Positions 41,691 to 51,912 of a stretch of 64,000 nt of DNA are shown here, piece after piece. Source of the stretch: an uncultured Chloroflexia bacterium (GTDB taxonomy: Bacteria > Chloroflexota > Limnocylindria > Limnocylindrales > CSP1-4); contig CAVPPB010000003.1 in NCBI GenBank assembly GCA_963707215.1, forward strand, positions 96,001 to 160,000, written 5' to 3'. The notes under the pieces were generated by a model, which saw only the letters and a program-made list of their open reading frames with translations, made no database searches and was not told where the DNA came from. A program made the translations under genes and the position numbers. The first letter of the stretch is position 1. Each line of letters begins with the position of its first letter.

Positions 41691-43820
41691 CTAGACGACC
41701 GGCAGCTGGCGGTCGGCCCCGGCGGCAATCCGCTCGGCGAGGATCTCGCTGACGTCCATGGAGACGACCCGGCCGTCGCCGTCCTGGGCCGCATCGAGGC
41801 CGTCCTTCATCATCACCATGCAGAAGGGACAGGCCGTGGCGACCGTCGTGGCCCCCGTGGCGAGAGCCTGGCGGGTCCGCTCGGCATTGATCCGGGTCCC
41901 GCTCGTCTCCTCCATCCACATCCGGCCACCGCCGGCCCCGCAGCAGAACGTCTGGCGCCCGGACCGCTCCATCTCGACGACCGGCACCCCGGCCGCGCCG
42001 AGGATCGATCGCGGCGCGCCCACGATCCCGTTGTAGCGGGCGAGGTAGCAGCTGTCGTGGACGGTGACGGTGCCCGGGGCATGGTCGCCGTTCGACCGTC
42101 CGGCCTCCGCATCGGCCGGGATCGTCCGGAGGCGACCGGACCGGAGCAGGCCGGCGAGGTAGGCCGAGTGGTGGACCACCCGGTAGCGGCCGCCGAACTC
42201 CGCGTACTCGTTGCCGAGGCTGTTGAAGCAGTGGGGGCAGGCGGTCACGATCGTCCTGGCCGGGGCCCCGTAGCGGTCGAGCGTCTCGACGTTGGCCATC
42301 GCCAGCATCTGGAAGACGTACTCGTTGCCCATCCGGCGGGCCGGATCGCCGGTGCAGGACTCCTCCTGGCCGAGCACGGCGAAGCGGACGCCGGCCGCAT
42401 GGAGGCAGGTCGCGACGGCGCGGGCGACCTTGCGGTTGCGCTGGTCGAAGGCGGCCGCGCAGCCGACCCAGTAGATGACCTCGAGATCGTCGAGCCGACC
42501 CTCGGCGGCCACCTCGGCAGCGATCGGGACGGCGAACGGCAAGCCCTTCGCCCAGTCGAGGCGGGCCGATGCCGGCTGGCCCCACGGATTGCCCTGGACC
42601 TCCATCCCCCGGAAGGCGGCGGTCACCTCGGTCGGGAAGCGGCTGTCCTCGAGGACGAGGTTGCGGCGCAGCCCGACGATCTTGTCGACGTGCTCGATGA
42701 GGACCGGGCACGCTTCGACGCAGGCGCCGCAGGTGACGCAGTCCCAGACGCCCTCGTACGGGATCGCGTCGTCCACGATCGGGGCGGCCATCCGGGTCGG
42801 GTCCGGCCGGCGATCGTCGACCCCTCGGAGCAGCCGGACATCGGGGCCATCGGGGATGAGGTCGACGCCACGCTCGGCATCCTCGGACATCCGCCGCAGG
42901 CCCATGATCATCGACCGCGGGTCGAGGACCTTGCCGGTCCGGTTGGCCGGGCAGGCGTCGGTGCAGCGGCCGCACTCGGTGCAGGTGAAGCCGTCGAGGA
43001 CGTCCTTCCAGGACAGGTCCTCGAGGGTCCTGACCCCGAAGGTCGCGTCCTCGCGCTCCAGATCGAGCGACGGCAGGCGACCGCGCGGCGCGAGCTTGCG
43101 GAGGTAGACGTTGACGAACGACGTGTAGACGTGGAAGTGCTTGTTGAAGGGGATGTAGACGAGGAAGGCCGACAGGAAGAGCACGTGGGCCCACCAGAGG
43201 ACGGCGAAGGCCGTCTCGCTCACCGCGGGGTCCAGCGTCCCGAGCGGCACCGCGAGCGCGTTGGCGACGATCGCGCCCGGGATCTCGCCGTAGGCGGCGG
43301 CCTCGAAGGCCTGGGCGACGAGCTCGGTCGCGACGACGGCGAAGATGAAGGCGAGGATCAGGTAGGAGGTCCGGGTCGTGTGGAGCCGGGCCGGTCGGCG
43401 GACGATCCGCCGGGCGGTCGCCCAGATCACCGCCCCGAGGACGAGGACGGCGAGCACGTTCTGGACGGCCAGGAGGGCGGCCCAGAGGACCCCGTCGAGC
43501 GGCCAGCCGACGATCGCCCGGGGCAGCCCACCGGTGACGATGTCGATGTTGCCGATGAGCAGGAGCGTCGAGCCCAGGAAGAGGGTGTAGTGCATGACCC
43601 CCGTGCGGGGGTCCTGGAACATCCGGCTCTGGACGATCGCGTAGCGGATGACACCGCCGGCCCGCCGGGGGATCTGGGCGATGGCGCTGGGGCCCTCCGC
43701 CCGCGCCTGGGCGAAGATCCGCAGGTGCCGGGCGACGACGAGCGCAAAGAGCACGAAGGCGCCCCAGAAGACCGGGAAGACGAGCGGGTAGGCGGGGACC
43801 TCAGCGTAGGCCTCGAGCAT
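41691..43820 (-). CDS. fadF: Membrane Fe-S oxidoreductase, FadF/EtfD-like (heterodisulfide reductase-related)
   Basis: TM domain, CTECGRCTDACP, CVTCGACVEACP, CCG domains (CTGDPARRMGNE, CPHC, HDSCYL.RYN, CCGAGGG, CPFC); close to etfAB. Confidence 0.88.
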   Translation of the reverse strand: MLEAYAEVPAYPLVFPVFWGAFVLFALVVARHLRIFAQARAEGPSAIAQIPRRAGGVIRYAIVQSRMFQDPRTGVMHYTLFLGSTLLLIGNIDIVTGGLPRAIVGWPLDGVLWAALLAVQNVLAVLVLGAVIWATARRIVRRPARLHTTRTSYLILAFIFAVVATELVAQAFEAAAYGEIPGAIVANALAVPLGTLDPAVSETAFAVLWWAHVLFLSAFLVYIPFNKHFHVYTSFVNVYLRKLAPRGRLPSLDLEREDATFGVRTLEDLSWKDVLDGFTCTECGRCTDACPANRTGKVLDPRSMIMGLRRMSEDAERGVDLIPDGPDVRLLRGVDDRRPDPTRMAAPIVDDAIPYEGVWDCVTCGACVEACPVLIEHVDKIVGLRRNLVLEDSRFPTEVTAAFRGMEVQGNPWGQPASARLDWAKGLPFAVPIAAEVAAEGRLDDLEVIYWVGCAAAFDQRNRKVARAVATCLHAAGVRFAVLGQEESCTGDPARRMGNEYVFQMLAMANVETLDRYGAPARTIVTACPHCFNSLGNEYAEFGGRYRVVHHSAYLAGLLRSGRLRTIPADAEAGRSNGDHAPGTVTVHDSCYLARYNGIVGAPRSILGAAGVPVVEMERSGRQTFCCGAGGGRMWMEETSGTRINAERTRQALATGATTVATACPFCMVMMKDGLDAAQDGDGRVVSMDVSEILAERIAAGADRQLPVV

Positions 43821-43825
43821 CCTGG

Positions 43826-44326
43826 CTACCCTCCTTCTACGCCGGCGTGGTCGAACGGCCCGGCCAGGGTCTCGAGCGCGTGGTCGAGGAGCGCCTCGAT
43901 GGCCGCCAGCGACTCGAGCGCCCCGCGTGGGCTCCCGGGCAGGTTCACGACGAGGCTGCGGCCGCAGACGCCGGCCACCCCGCGTGACAGGTCGGCCATC
44001 GGAGTGCTGCGCCGGCCCTCGGCCCGGATGGCCTCGGCGAGCCCTGGGACCTCGTAGGCAAGTACCGTCATCGTCGCCTGGGGGGTGACGTCCCGCGGCG
44101 TGAGCCCGGTCCCGCCTGTCGTGAGGACGAGACCGTGCCGGGACGCGGCCCCGACGATCGCCGCTGCGATCGCCTCGGCCTCGTCGGGGACGACCCCGCG
44201 CTCCACGTGGAAGCCGAGTTCAGCGAGTCGTCGAGCGAGCGAGGCGCCGGACTCGTCATCGCGAACGCCGGCCGCGACTCCGTCGCTGCAGGTCAGGACG
44301 AAGGCGGACCGGGCAGTCGCTGTCAC
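43826..44326 (-). CDS. mog: MogA/MoaB molybdopterin adenylyltransferase
   Basis: LTCSD...RDDESG, TTGGTGLTPRDVTPQAT, PGLAE, LSRG.AG, NLPGSP. Confidence 0.92.
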   Translation of the reverse strand: MTATARSAFVLTCSDGVAAGVRDDESGASLARRLAELGFHVERGVVPDEAEAIAAAIVGAASRHGLVLTTGGTGLTPRDVTPQATMTVLAYEVPGLAEAIRAEGRRSTPMADLSRGVAGVCGRSLVVNLPGSPRGALESLAAIEALLDHALETLAGPFDHAGVEGG

Positions 44327-44340
44327 CGACCCGACCCTCC

Positions 44341-44961
44341 TCAGCTCCGCCGCTGCGATCGGATCCGGCCAGCGGCGCGACCGCCCTTGCTACGGCGCGC
44401 GTCATGGTCAGGCGGCCCGTCGGGCGGCCGGGTCCACTCCCCGCTCTTGCCGCCGGTCTTCGAGACCAGGCGGACGCTCCGGATCTCCACCCCGCGCTCG
44501 ACACCCTTGACCATGTCGTACACGGTCAGGGCGGCCACGGATGCTGCTGTGAGCGCCTCCATCTCGACACCGGTCGGCGCCGTGGTGGCCGCCTCGGCCC
44601 GGATCCGGAGCACGCCCGCCGACCGGTCCGGGGTGATCTGGACGAGCAGATCGGTAAGCGGCAGTGGGTGACACAGCGGGATCAGCTCCGCCGTCCGCTT
44701 GGCGGCCATGACCCCTGCCAGCTCGGCTACGGTGAGGACATCGCCCTTGGGCCCCGTGCCGTCGATGACGAGGCTCAGCGTCTCCGGCTCCACCGTGACC
44801 AGGGCCTCCGCGACCGCCCGGCGGGCTGAGGCCAGCTTCTCCGACACGTCGACCATGCGGGGTCGCCCGCTTCGGTCGACGTGGGTGAGGCGACGCCGCT
44901 CGCGACGCGTCGCCCCATCGGCGGGTGGTCGGTCCATCGATCGTCCCTCGTCCGCGCTCAT
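44341..44961 (-). CDS. moaC: Cyclic pyranopterin monophosphate synthase MoaC
   Basis: LTHVD..G.PRMVDVSEK, KGDVL, LIPLCHPL, TGVEMEALTA, YDMVK, KTGGKSG. Alternative start 44937. Confidence 0.95.
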   Translation of the reverse strand: MSADEGRSMDRPPADGATRRERRRLTHVDRSGRPRMVDVSEKLASARRAVAEALVTVEPETLSLVIDGTGPKGDVLTVAELAGVMAAKRTAELIPLCHPLPLTDLLVQITPDRSAGVLRIRAEAATTAPTGVEMEALTAASVAALTVYDMVKGVERGVEIRSVRLVSKTGGKSGEWTRPPDGPPDHDARRSKGGRAAGRIRSQRRS

Positions 44962-46289
44962 CGTTCGATCCAGCGAAGCTCGACGGGTGTCCCGGCTTCG
45001 ACCCGGTCGACGTCCTCCGGGATGACAGCGTAGCCATCCGCGAGAGCGAGTGCCGAGAGGACATGACTGCCCTGCCCCCCGGCGAGACGGACCCGGACCC
45101 GACCGGCCTCGTCGCGGACGATCCCGCCGTCGTTGTGCCGCTCGGCCACGACACGGAGGAAGGCCCGGCGTGCGGCGCCCTTCGAGGCCGCGTCGAGGAG
45201 CACCGCCCGGTCCGCCGGCTCCACGACGTCTCGACGGCCGGCGAGTCGTCGGATGGCCGGGCGGACGAACAGGTCGAAGGTCACGAAGCCGGAGACCGGG
45301 TTGCCCGGCAACCCGAAGAGCAGGACGGATCGGGAGCGCCCGGCGACCGCATCGGAGCGTGGCACGATCCCGAAGGCGAAGGGCTTGCCCGGCTGCACGG
45401 CGACCCGCCACAGCTCGACCCGTCCGAGCTCGGCGAAGGCATCCCGGACGACGTCGTACGGACCGACCGACACCCCGCCCGAGACGACGACGGCATCGAC
45501 CGCCGACAGCACGCTCGCGATCCGATCCAGGACGACATCGAGACGGTCCGGGGCGATCCCGAGGTCGACCGGCTCTGCGCCCATCGTCGCCACCAGGGCG
45601 CGGATGCCCGGCCCGTTGGCGTCGGGGATGCCGGCCGGCCCGAGTGGTTCGCCGGCGGGGACCACCTCGTCGCCGGTCGCCAGGACCGCGACCCTGGGCC
45701 GGACGTGGACGTCGAGCTGGGCGACGCCAGCTCCAGCCGCGACCGCGATCCCGGCCGGTCCGAGCACCATCCCCGCATCCAGGATCGTGCTGCCGGCCCG
45801 CAGGTCGTCGCCTCGCGATCGGATGTTCGCGCCTCGTGCGACGGCAGCGTGGACGAGACAGGCGTCCGGCAGCGGGCCCGTGGCGTCCCGGCCGCGCGGG
45901 CCGCTCGGCCGGGACGACGCGTCGAGCGGGGTCGTCAGCTCCACCGGCACCACCGCGTCCGACCCGGCCGGGATCGGCGCACCGGTGGCGATCCGGATGG
46001 CCGTTCCCGGCTCCAGAGCCCGCCCAGGCGCGGTACCCGCCGCGACCTCGCCCACGACGGGCAGGGCGATCGGCTGCTCCTCCTCGGCCCCGGCGATGTC
46101 GGTCGCCCGGACGGCGTAGCCGTCCATGGCGCTGTTGTCCCATGGCGGCAGGTCGGTGGTCGCGAGCACCGGGCGCGCCAGGACCCGGCCGAGTCCGCTG
46201 GCGACCGGCACGGACTCGGGCGGCAGCGGGCCCTCCACTGCCGCCAGCACGGCATCCCGGGCGGCCTCGACCGACAGGAGGCTGGTCAC
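44958..46289 (-). CDS. moeA: Molybdopterin molybdotransferase MoeA
   Basis: PPWDNSAMDGYAV, RIATGAP.P.G.DAVVPVE, ATGDE, SGGVSVG, QPGKP, GLPGNPVS. Confidence 0.95.
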   Translation of the reverse strand: MTSLLSVEAARDAVLAAVEGPLPPESVPVASGLGRVLARPVLATTDLPPWDNSAMDGYAVRATDIAGAEEEQPIALPVVGEVAAGTAPGRALEPGTAIRIATGAPIPAGSDAVVPVELTTPLDASSRPSGPRGRDATGPLPDACLVHAAVARGANIRSRGDDLRAGSTILDAGMVLGPAGIAVAAGAGVAQLDVHVRPRVAVLATGDEVVPAGEPLGPAGIPDANGPGIRALVATMGAEPVDLGIAPDRLDVVLDRIASVLSAVDAVVVSGGVSVGPYDVVRDAFAELGRVELWRVAVQPGKPFAFGIVPRSDAVAGRSRSVLLFGLPGNPVSGFVTFDLFVRPAIRRLAGRRDVVEPADRAVLLDAASKGAARRAFLRVVAERHNDGGIVRDEAGRVRVRLAGGQGSHVLSALALADGYAVIPEDVDRVEAGTPVELRWIER

Positions 46290-47017
46290 CGTTCGGTCGC
46301 CAGGGGGTCCTGGGACGTCGCTGGCGGGACCGCCGTCCCGAGCGCGACCCGTCGACCACGTCGCTCGGCCAGGATCAGGGTAAGGGCCCCGAGGACGACA
46401 AGGACCACCCCGAGCGCGATCGATGTTTCGAACCAGAACTGCATGGGGAACAGCTGCACGAGTCGCTCCGTCGCCGGGTCGAACGCGTACGTACCGGAAG
46501 CGAAGAAGATCCGGTGGAAGATCTCGAACACGGTCTCGAAGGCGACGACCGACAGGATCCCGAGGGCCACCACTCCGGCGATGAGCGCGGTCGCCCCGAC
46601 CCGGATCCCCCGCCAGGTCGGGGACGATCCCGTCAGCCGCCAGGCGACGACGATGGACGCCGCCGCGACCGCCACGGCGACCGCGAAGGCGATCAGGACG
46701 GCCCGAACGTCCTGGAGGTGGCCGACCTCGCGTTCGTTGAAGACCGGCTCCCCATCGACGACCTGGTCGAAATCGGGCGGGCCCAGGATGAGGTCCACGA
46801 GGACCGAATCGGTCACCTCGTGGACCGTGGCCATCGTCCAGCCGGTCCAGGCGTCGGCCTCAGCGCGCTCCTGGCCGAAGCCGACCCAGATCGGGTTCAG
46901 GAAGGGAAGCAGCGCCAGGGCGACGAGCAGGACGATCGTCGCGACCGCGACGATCCCGCTGGCGACCCATCCACCGAGGCCACCGGAGGACGGCCCGACG
47001 GCGGCGCCGGAGGCCAC
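46286..47017 (-). CDS. DUF1461/TIGR01906 membrane protein (lipoprotein intramolecular transacylase Lit-like)
   Basis: FNEREVGHLQDVR, FEIFHRIFF, FDP...LVQLFP.QFW; 4 TM helices. Confidence 0.8.
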   Translation of the reverse strand: MASGAAVGPSSGGLGGWVASGIVAVATIVLLVALALLPFLNPIWVGFGQERAEADAWTGWTMATVHEVTDSVLVDLILGPPDFDQVVDGEPVFNEREVGHLQDVRAVLIAFAVAVAVAAASIVVAWRLTGSSPTWRGIRVGATALIAGVVALGILSVVAFETVFEIFHRIFFASGTYAFDPATERLVQLFPMQFWFETSIALGVVLVVLGALTLILAERRGRRVALGTAVPPATSQDPLATER

Positions 47018-47021
47018 GCCC

Positions 47022-47411
47022 CTACTCTTCCTCGAGGGTCTTGGCCTGGTCCCACCAGCCCTGCACGGCGAGGTCGCTCGGCGGTCCGTCCCCGAGCTCG
47101 CCGGCCGCTTGCGCGAGCCGTGCCCGGAAGTCGTCGAGGGAGAGCCCGATCACGTCGCGGACGCCGTCGATGCCGGCCTGGATGAAGAGCCGGTGCTCCT
47201 CCGGGCCGAAGCCGGCGAGGTTCAGCAGGAGCGCCTCGTCGCGCCACACGGCGACGTCGTTCGTGGAGGCATCGACGTGGTCGGCAAGGGACTGCCGGCG
47301 GGTCGGGGTCTCGGACACCTCGAGGAGGATGCCGGTGGTGAAGACGCCCTGCTTCTCGAGGCGATCGAGGTGGACCGGCTCGATGCGGGTCAGCTCGCTG
47401 ATCGGGGGCAC
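47022..47411 (-). CDS. DUF4332-like helix-hairpin-helix protein
   Basis: I.ELTRI......LEK.G..T...LL......RR.LA...W...A.L..L.G.G.....L...AGI..V and PP....V..W...AK pattern. Confidence 0.75.
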   Translation of the reverse strand: MPPISELTRIEPVHLDRLEKQGVFTTGILLEVSETPTRRQSLADHVDASTNDVAVWRDEALLLNLAGFGPEEHRLFIQAGIDGVRDVIGLSLDDFRARLAQAAGELGDGPPSDLAVQGWWDQAKTLEEE

Positions 47412-47557
47412 GCGATGGGGTCCTCCTCGTGGCGGCGCTCACCACGATCGGTGGCGGCCCCGATGATGCCACGCCGGGACCGCGTGTGGCGGCCCGGCGA
47501 GCCGGCAGGGTGCTCCCGGCCCCGACGCCGAAGCGTCGGGGCCGGGCGTGGTCGTCG

Positions 47558-48346
47558 TCAGGCGCCGGGGCTGCCCTGCGGCGGGCCACCGCCGGACGCG
47601 GCGCCACCCTGGGCCCCGCCGGATGGCGCGGCGGTCGGGGCCGCCGGCGCGTCGGATGCTTCGCCGATCCGCGCAGCCATGTCGCCGGTCCTGCTGTACC
47701 AGTTCCGGGCGATCTCGGCCGCGACCTCACGCCCACCGAGCCCGAAAGCGAGCCCGATGGCGAGAGCCATGGCGCCGACCACGCCGATGAACAGGATGTT
47801 CACCAGGTCGGAGGCGATGCCGACCTGGTAGAGGGCGACGATGACGCCGAAGGCCACCACGGCGAACTCCGCCAACCGACCGAGGAAGGTAGTGTTCGAC
47901 AGCCCAAGGCCGCCGCCCGATGCCTCGATCGCCGTCCGCAGGAGTCGCCCCAGGACCGGCGCCGCGAGGACGATGATGATCGCGACGATCAGGTTGGGCA
48001 GCCAGGCCAGGAAGTCGTTGATGAGGATGCTGACCTGGCTCCAGCCGAGGAAGTTGGCCGCCGCCAGGAAGAACACCAGGTAGATCAGCCAGCGGGCCAG
48101 GATGCCGATGTACTGGCTGGGCTTGGTCTTGCCGGGCTCCTCACCGTAGATCGAGCCCGCGTATCGCGCGAACAAGTGGTCAGCGTTGGCGGTCGCGAGC
48201 AGACGCGTCACCAGGCCGCCGACGATGCGGCCCACGATCCAGCCGATCAGCAGGATGAGCAGCGCACCGATGACCGTCGGCAACGCGTTGACGAGATCCC
48301 CGAGCGCCTCGTTGAAGGCTTCGACGAGCGTATCCCACAGGTCCAT
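47558..48346 (-). CDS. Conserved TM-helix repeat membrane protein (CmpX/mechanosensitive-channel associated)
   Basis: LPTVIGALLILLIGWIV, WLPNLIVAIII, ALYQVGI, ALAIGLAFGLGGRE.A; GGGAGG RBS. Confidence 0.82.
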   Translation of the reverse strand: MDLWDTLVEAFNEALGDLVNALPTVIGALLILLIGWIVGRIVGGLVTRLLATANADHLFARYAGSIYGEEPGKTKPSQYIGILARWLIYLVFFLAAANFLGWSQVSILINDFLAWLPNLIVAIIIVLAAPVLGRLLRTAIEASGGGLGLSNTTFLGRLAEFAVVAFGVIVALYQVGIASDLVNILFIGVVGAMALAIGLAFGLGGREVAAEIARNWYSRTGDMAARIGEASDAPAAPTAAPSGGAQGGAASGGGPPQGSPGA

Positions 48347-48639
48347 TCGGTCCTCCCTTGCTTGGGGCGCGGCCGCCGCTGGGGTCACGGCCAGGCCCGG
48401 TCAGTGACGGACGCCCGGTGTCTGGGCGCACCGCCTTGACCTCCCCACCCTACCGGCACGATGCAACCTCGCGTCCCGCCTGTCAGCGGTGGCGGCCGTG
48501 ACCCCCTCGTCGGCGTGAAGCTCCGTGGATGCAACGACACGGCCACTGCGGCGTCCCCGGCGACGACCGCGACCATCGCGCCGATCCCGGGGATCCGTGC
48601 GGGCTCCCTGCCCTCCACCCGTCGTAGCATCGAGGGGCA

Positions 48640-49080
48640 ATGCTGACTCGGTCGATCGCCCATCGGTGGATCACCCTGGTCGTGACGGCGGTCCTCGCCG
48701 TCGTGGCCTGCGGTGTGCCCGGGACTCCCCCATCCCCGGAGCCCGAGGCAACCGCTCAGGCGCCGGATCAGCGCTTCCCGGACGTCCTGGACGTCCGGCT
48801 CGTTTCGCGTGGCGAGCGCGTCTTCGACGTCGCGGTCACGATCTCCTCGCCGTACGACACGCCAGGGCGATACGCGGACGGTTGGCGTGTGCTCGGGCCG
48901 GACGGGACCGTGCTGGGGTCGCACGAGCTTCTCCACGACCATGCCGGTGAACAGCCGTTCACCCGGACCCAGACGGGCCTCACCATCCCCGAAGGGATCA
49001 CGGAGGTGACGATCGAGGCTCGCGACCTCGTCCACGGCTTCGGGGGCGCCCGGCTCACGGTCCCCGTGCCGGAGGGCTGA
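48640..49080 (+). CDS. Conserved hypothetical lipoprotein
   Basis: Lipobox VVAC; YADGWRV...G..LG..ELLHDH..EQPFTR and ARD..HGFGG. Confidence 0.75.
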   Translation: MLTRSIAHRWITLVVTAVLAVVACGVPGTPPSPEPEATAQAPDQRFPDVLDVRLVSRGERVFDVAVTISSPYDTPGRYADGWRVLGPDGTVLGSHELLHDHAGEQPFTRTQTGLTIPEGITEVTIEARDLVHGFGGARLTVPVPEG

Positions 49081-49239
49081 CCGGCGAGCGGGGCCGAATG
49101 GGCCATGGGTCACTGGCACCCGCGGACGTGGCGTCAGCCCATCCCGGTAGCGAATCGTCGTCGCCGCTTGACGGCCCACTCGACGACGTCGGGGCGCCCG
49201 GCTCGGCACGGGGCCGCCGGCGAGCGTACGATCGGAACG

Positions 49240-50103
49240 ATGACCTCGGACGCGGTAGCCCATCGACCGGATCTCGTCGTCGCGGTGCACGATGGCGAGA
49301 CCCTGTCCGCCGACGCCTGGTTGCCGGTGGGCGCCGCCCGACCGCCGGCCCTGATCCTCCTCCATGGCGGCGCCTGGACGAAGGGATCGAGGCACGCCTA
49401 CGCTGAGTGGGGCCGCTATCTGGCCGGGCGGGGCATCGCCGCGGTCGCCATCGACTACCGGTTGGCCACCCCGGGACGTTCGGCGTTCCCGGAGAGCCTC
49501 TGGGACGTGAAGGGCGCGATCCAGGCTCTCCGGGCGGGACACCTCGGATTCGAGGTCGACGGGAACCGCATCGGGATGCTCGGCGGATCAGCCGGTGCGC
49601 ACCTGGCCGCCCTCGCAGCACTGACCGCCGGCGATCCCGTCTGGCGCAACCCGTACCCTGACCCGTTCGCTGACGTCTCGGCCGCCGCCCCGGTCGTGAT
49701 CGGGCTCGCGGGAACGTACGACATGATCGAGCGTTGGGTGCACGACCGCCTCGATCGGACGCCCGACGACAGCTCCGCCGAGCTGCTGCTCGGCGGGACG
49801 CCGATGTCGCAGCGACGGCGCTACTACGAGGCGTCGCCCGTGTTCCATGCCTCCGAGGCCAACGCCCGAGGCACGCGATGGCTCCTCGCCTGGGGGACCG
49901 AGGATGACGTGACGCCACCCGAGACGCAGTCGCTCGCGCTGTCTCGGCACCTGAAGCTCGCGGGAGCCGTCGTCCGCCACGCTCCGATCGTGGGGGCGCC
50001 GCACTACTGGTACTTCGAGACCGAGCCCGATGCGCCGGGCTCCTTCAACGCCCGCTTCGCGGAGCGACTGCACGTCTTCCTGGAGCGCTGGGCCGGCTGG
50101 TAG
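49240..50103 (+). CDS. Alpha/beta hydrolase (HSL-like esterase)
   Basis: LHGGAW, DYRLA, GGSAGAHLA, GTEDDV, GAPH. Start chosen 7 nt after TACGAT. Confidence 0.88.
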   Translation: MTSDAVAHRPDLVVAVHDGETLSADAWLPVGAARPPALILLHGGAWTKGSRHAYAEWGRYLAGRGIAAVAIDYRLATPGRSAFPESLWDVKGAIQALRAGHLGFEVDGNRIGMLGGSAGAHLAALAALTAGDPVWRNPYPDPFADVSAAAPVVIGLAGTYDMIERWVHDRLDRTPDDSSAELLLGGTPMSQRRRYYEASPVFHASEANARGTRWLLAWGTEDDVTPPETQSLALSRHLKLAGAVVRHAPIVGAPHYWYFETEPDAPGSFNARFAERLHVFLERWAGW

Positions 50104-50163
50104 GCCGCGTCGGCGATCCCGGACCCTCGGCGGGGGAGCATACCGGTCTGGGGGTGGCCGGCC

Positions 50164-51111
50164 TCAGGAAGTGGCCCGGATCTCAGTGACGAGATCCTGC
50201 AGCCCGGCGTCGAGATCGAACCGGGGCTCCCAGCCGAGATCCTCTCGCGCCCGGGCGAGATCGAAGGGGAACCGCCGCGGGAACGGGTCCGGCCGGGTCG
50301 TGATCCCCGCCTCGAGGCGGAAGCCTCGCACGAGTCGAGCGATGGCGGCGGCCACCTCCTCGGGTGTGACGAGCACGCCCGATCCGACGTTGTACGTGTC
50401 GTACCGGAGCTCCTTCACGGAGCAGGCGGCGACCACGGCCGCGGCGACGTCCTTCACGTGGACGAGCTCGTAGGGTGATGGCATCCCGCCGCTGGAGGTG
50501 CCCGGTCGTCCCGCCAGGGCGGCGCGGATCCAGCCATCGATCTCGGTGCCGACCCCGGAGCCTCCTGCGAAGTGGCCCAGGCCGTACACGCCCGCGAAAC
50601 GGAGCATGGCCAGCTGGAGACCGTAGGCTCGCGCCGACGCCCGGAGGACCTGCTCGGCGGCAACCTTCGAGGCCCCGTAGACGCGTCCGCCGGAGCCGAG
50701 CGGGAACCGCTCGTCGATCGGGCCAACCTGCGGCTGGGAGAGGTCGTTCGTGCCGAGCGTGCTCGCATGGACGATCCGTGGGATGTCGGCCAGCCGGGCG
50801 GTCTCGACGACGTTGATCGTGCCGACGACGTTGACCTGGAAGCCTCGGTACGGGGCCGCCTGCGCCGCCCCACCGATGAGTGCCGCTGTGTGGACGATGA
50901 CGTCGGCGCCATGGTCGCGGCCCGCCGCCGCGAGGACCGGGAGGTCCAGGATGTCGCCACGGTAGACCGGGGTCGCGGCGCCGGCGACGCGGGTCACGTA
51001 CTCGGTTCGCGGGTCTGCGTCGAACAGCGCGGGGTGGTGTCCCGCGTCGGTCAGGGCTCGGGCCGCATGACAGCCGACCATCCCGGCCCCGGTGATGAGG
51101 ATGCGTGCCAT
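50164..51111 (-). CDS. NAD-dependent epimerase/dehydratase
   Basis: ILITGAGMVG, HTAA, NVVGT, YGASK, RFAGVYG, YNVGSG. Confidence 0.9.
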   Translation of the reverse strand: MARILITGAGMVGCHAARALTDAGHHPALFDADPRTEYVTRVAGAATPVYRGDILDLPVLAAAGRDHGADVIVHTAALIGGAAQAAPYRGFQVNVVGTINVVETARLADIPRIVHASTLGTNDLSQPQVGPIDERFPLGSGGRVYGASKVAAEQVLRASARAYGLQLAMLRFAGVYGLGHFAGGSGVGTEIDGWIRAALAGRPGTSSGGMPSPYELVHVKDVAAAVVAACSVKELRYDTYNVGSGVLVTPEEVAAAIARLVRGFRLEAGITTRPDPFPRRFPFDLARAREDLGWEPRFDLDAGLQDLVTEIRATS

Positions 51112-51296
51112 CGACGACCTCCCGCAGCTGGGCAGGCGCGTGGTGCGCTGCCCGATGCATCGATGGTACCGACCGGGTCACGGGAGCACGGAGCGCGCCC
51201 CCCGCCCGGATCCCGGACCGGGATCCGGACTCCTACGTCGCGACGCTCGGAGGTCGACCGGGTGCCTGGGCTCTACCATCCGCTACGGAGATCATC

Positions 51297-51591
51297 ATGC
51301 GATCGAGGGCGCTGGTCCGGGGCGTGGCCCTGGCCGTGGGTGCCTGCTCGTCAGGGGTCGAGCCGACCGAGCGCCCGGAGTCGACCCCGGGCCGGCGGCG
51401 CCAGCTTCACGGTCTTCGCCTTCGGCTCGGCGGAGGCCGTCGACGGCCCGTATGACCGAGGCCAGCTCTACTGGCACGACGGCGGCACGATCTCCGCACG
51501 GGTCTGTACGGCCATCGACGTGATCGAGGCGAGCGACGGGAGCTTCGAGTCCCGCTCCGAAGAGGCGGAGTCCACCTTCCCGAACCGGTAA
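51297..51591 (+). pseudogene. Possible degraded lipoprotein gene remnant
   Basis: GGAG RBS and MRSRALVRGVALAVGAC (lipobox-like); protein-like text resumes in another frame (ASFTVFAFGS...QLYWHDGG) near 51400. Confidence 0.3.
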
Positions 51592-51857
51592 CCCGGCCCA
51601 GCGACAACCGTCCTGGCAGCATCGCTGGCAGCGATGGAGGCGGACAGAGGCGGACACACGGAAGGCGATCAGCCCGCGGCCGGGACGGGGGCCTGTTCCT
51701 GTCAAGGTCGTCATCCGTATCACTCGATAACCGTCTAGCAGCATTGCGACGACGTCGAAGCAAGTCGATGCTCCGAACCGGGCGGAAACCGCGACCCAGC
51801 CACCCGAGAGCCCGCCCTGGGATCCTCGGGGCGAGGCTCAACCGTGTGCAGAACCGC

Positions 51858-51890
51858 AAGCAACGCCCCGCCGGGAGACCCAGCGGGCGC
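51858..51890 (-). terminator. Probable terminator of the aldehyde dehydrogenase operon
   Basis: Minus strand CCCGCTGGG-TCT-CCCGGCGGG stem followed by GCGTTGCTT. Confidence 0.55.
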
Positions 51891-51912
51891 GTGATCGTGC
51901 GTGGACGGCGAC

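Noticed and set aside
40437-47831. Very long plus-strand ORFs (1206 aa at 40437..44057, 968 aa at 44925..47831)
   Set aside because: Arg/Gly/Pro-rich shadow frames opposite well-supported minus-strand genes, as expected at this GC content.
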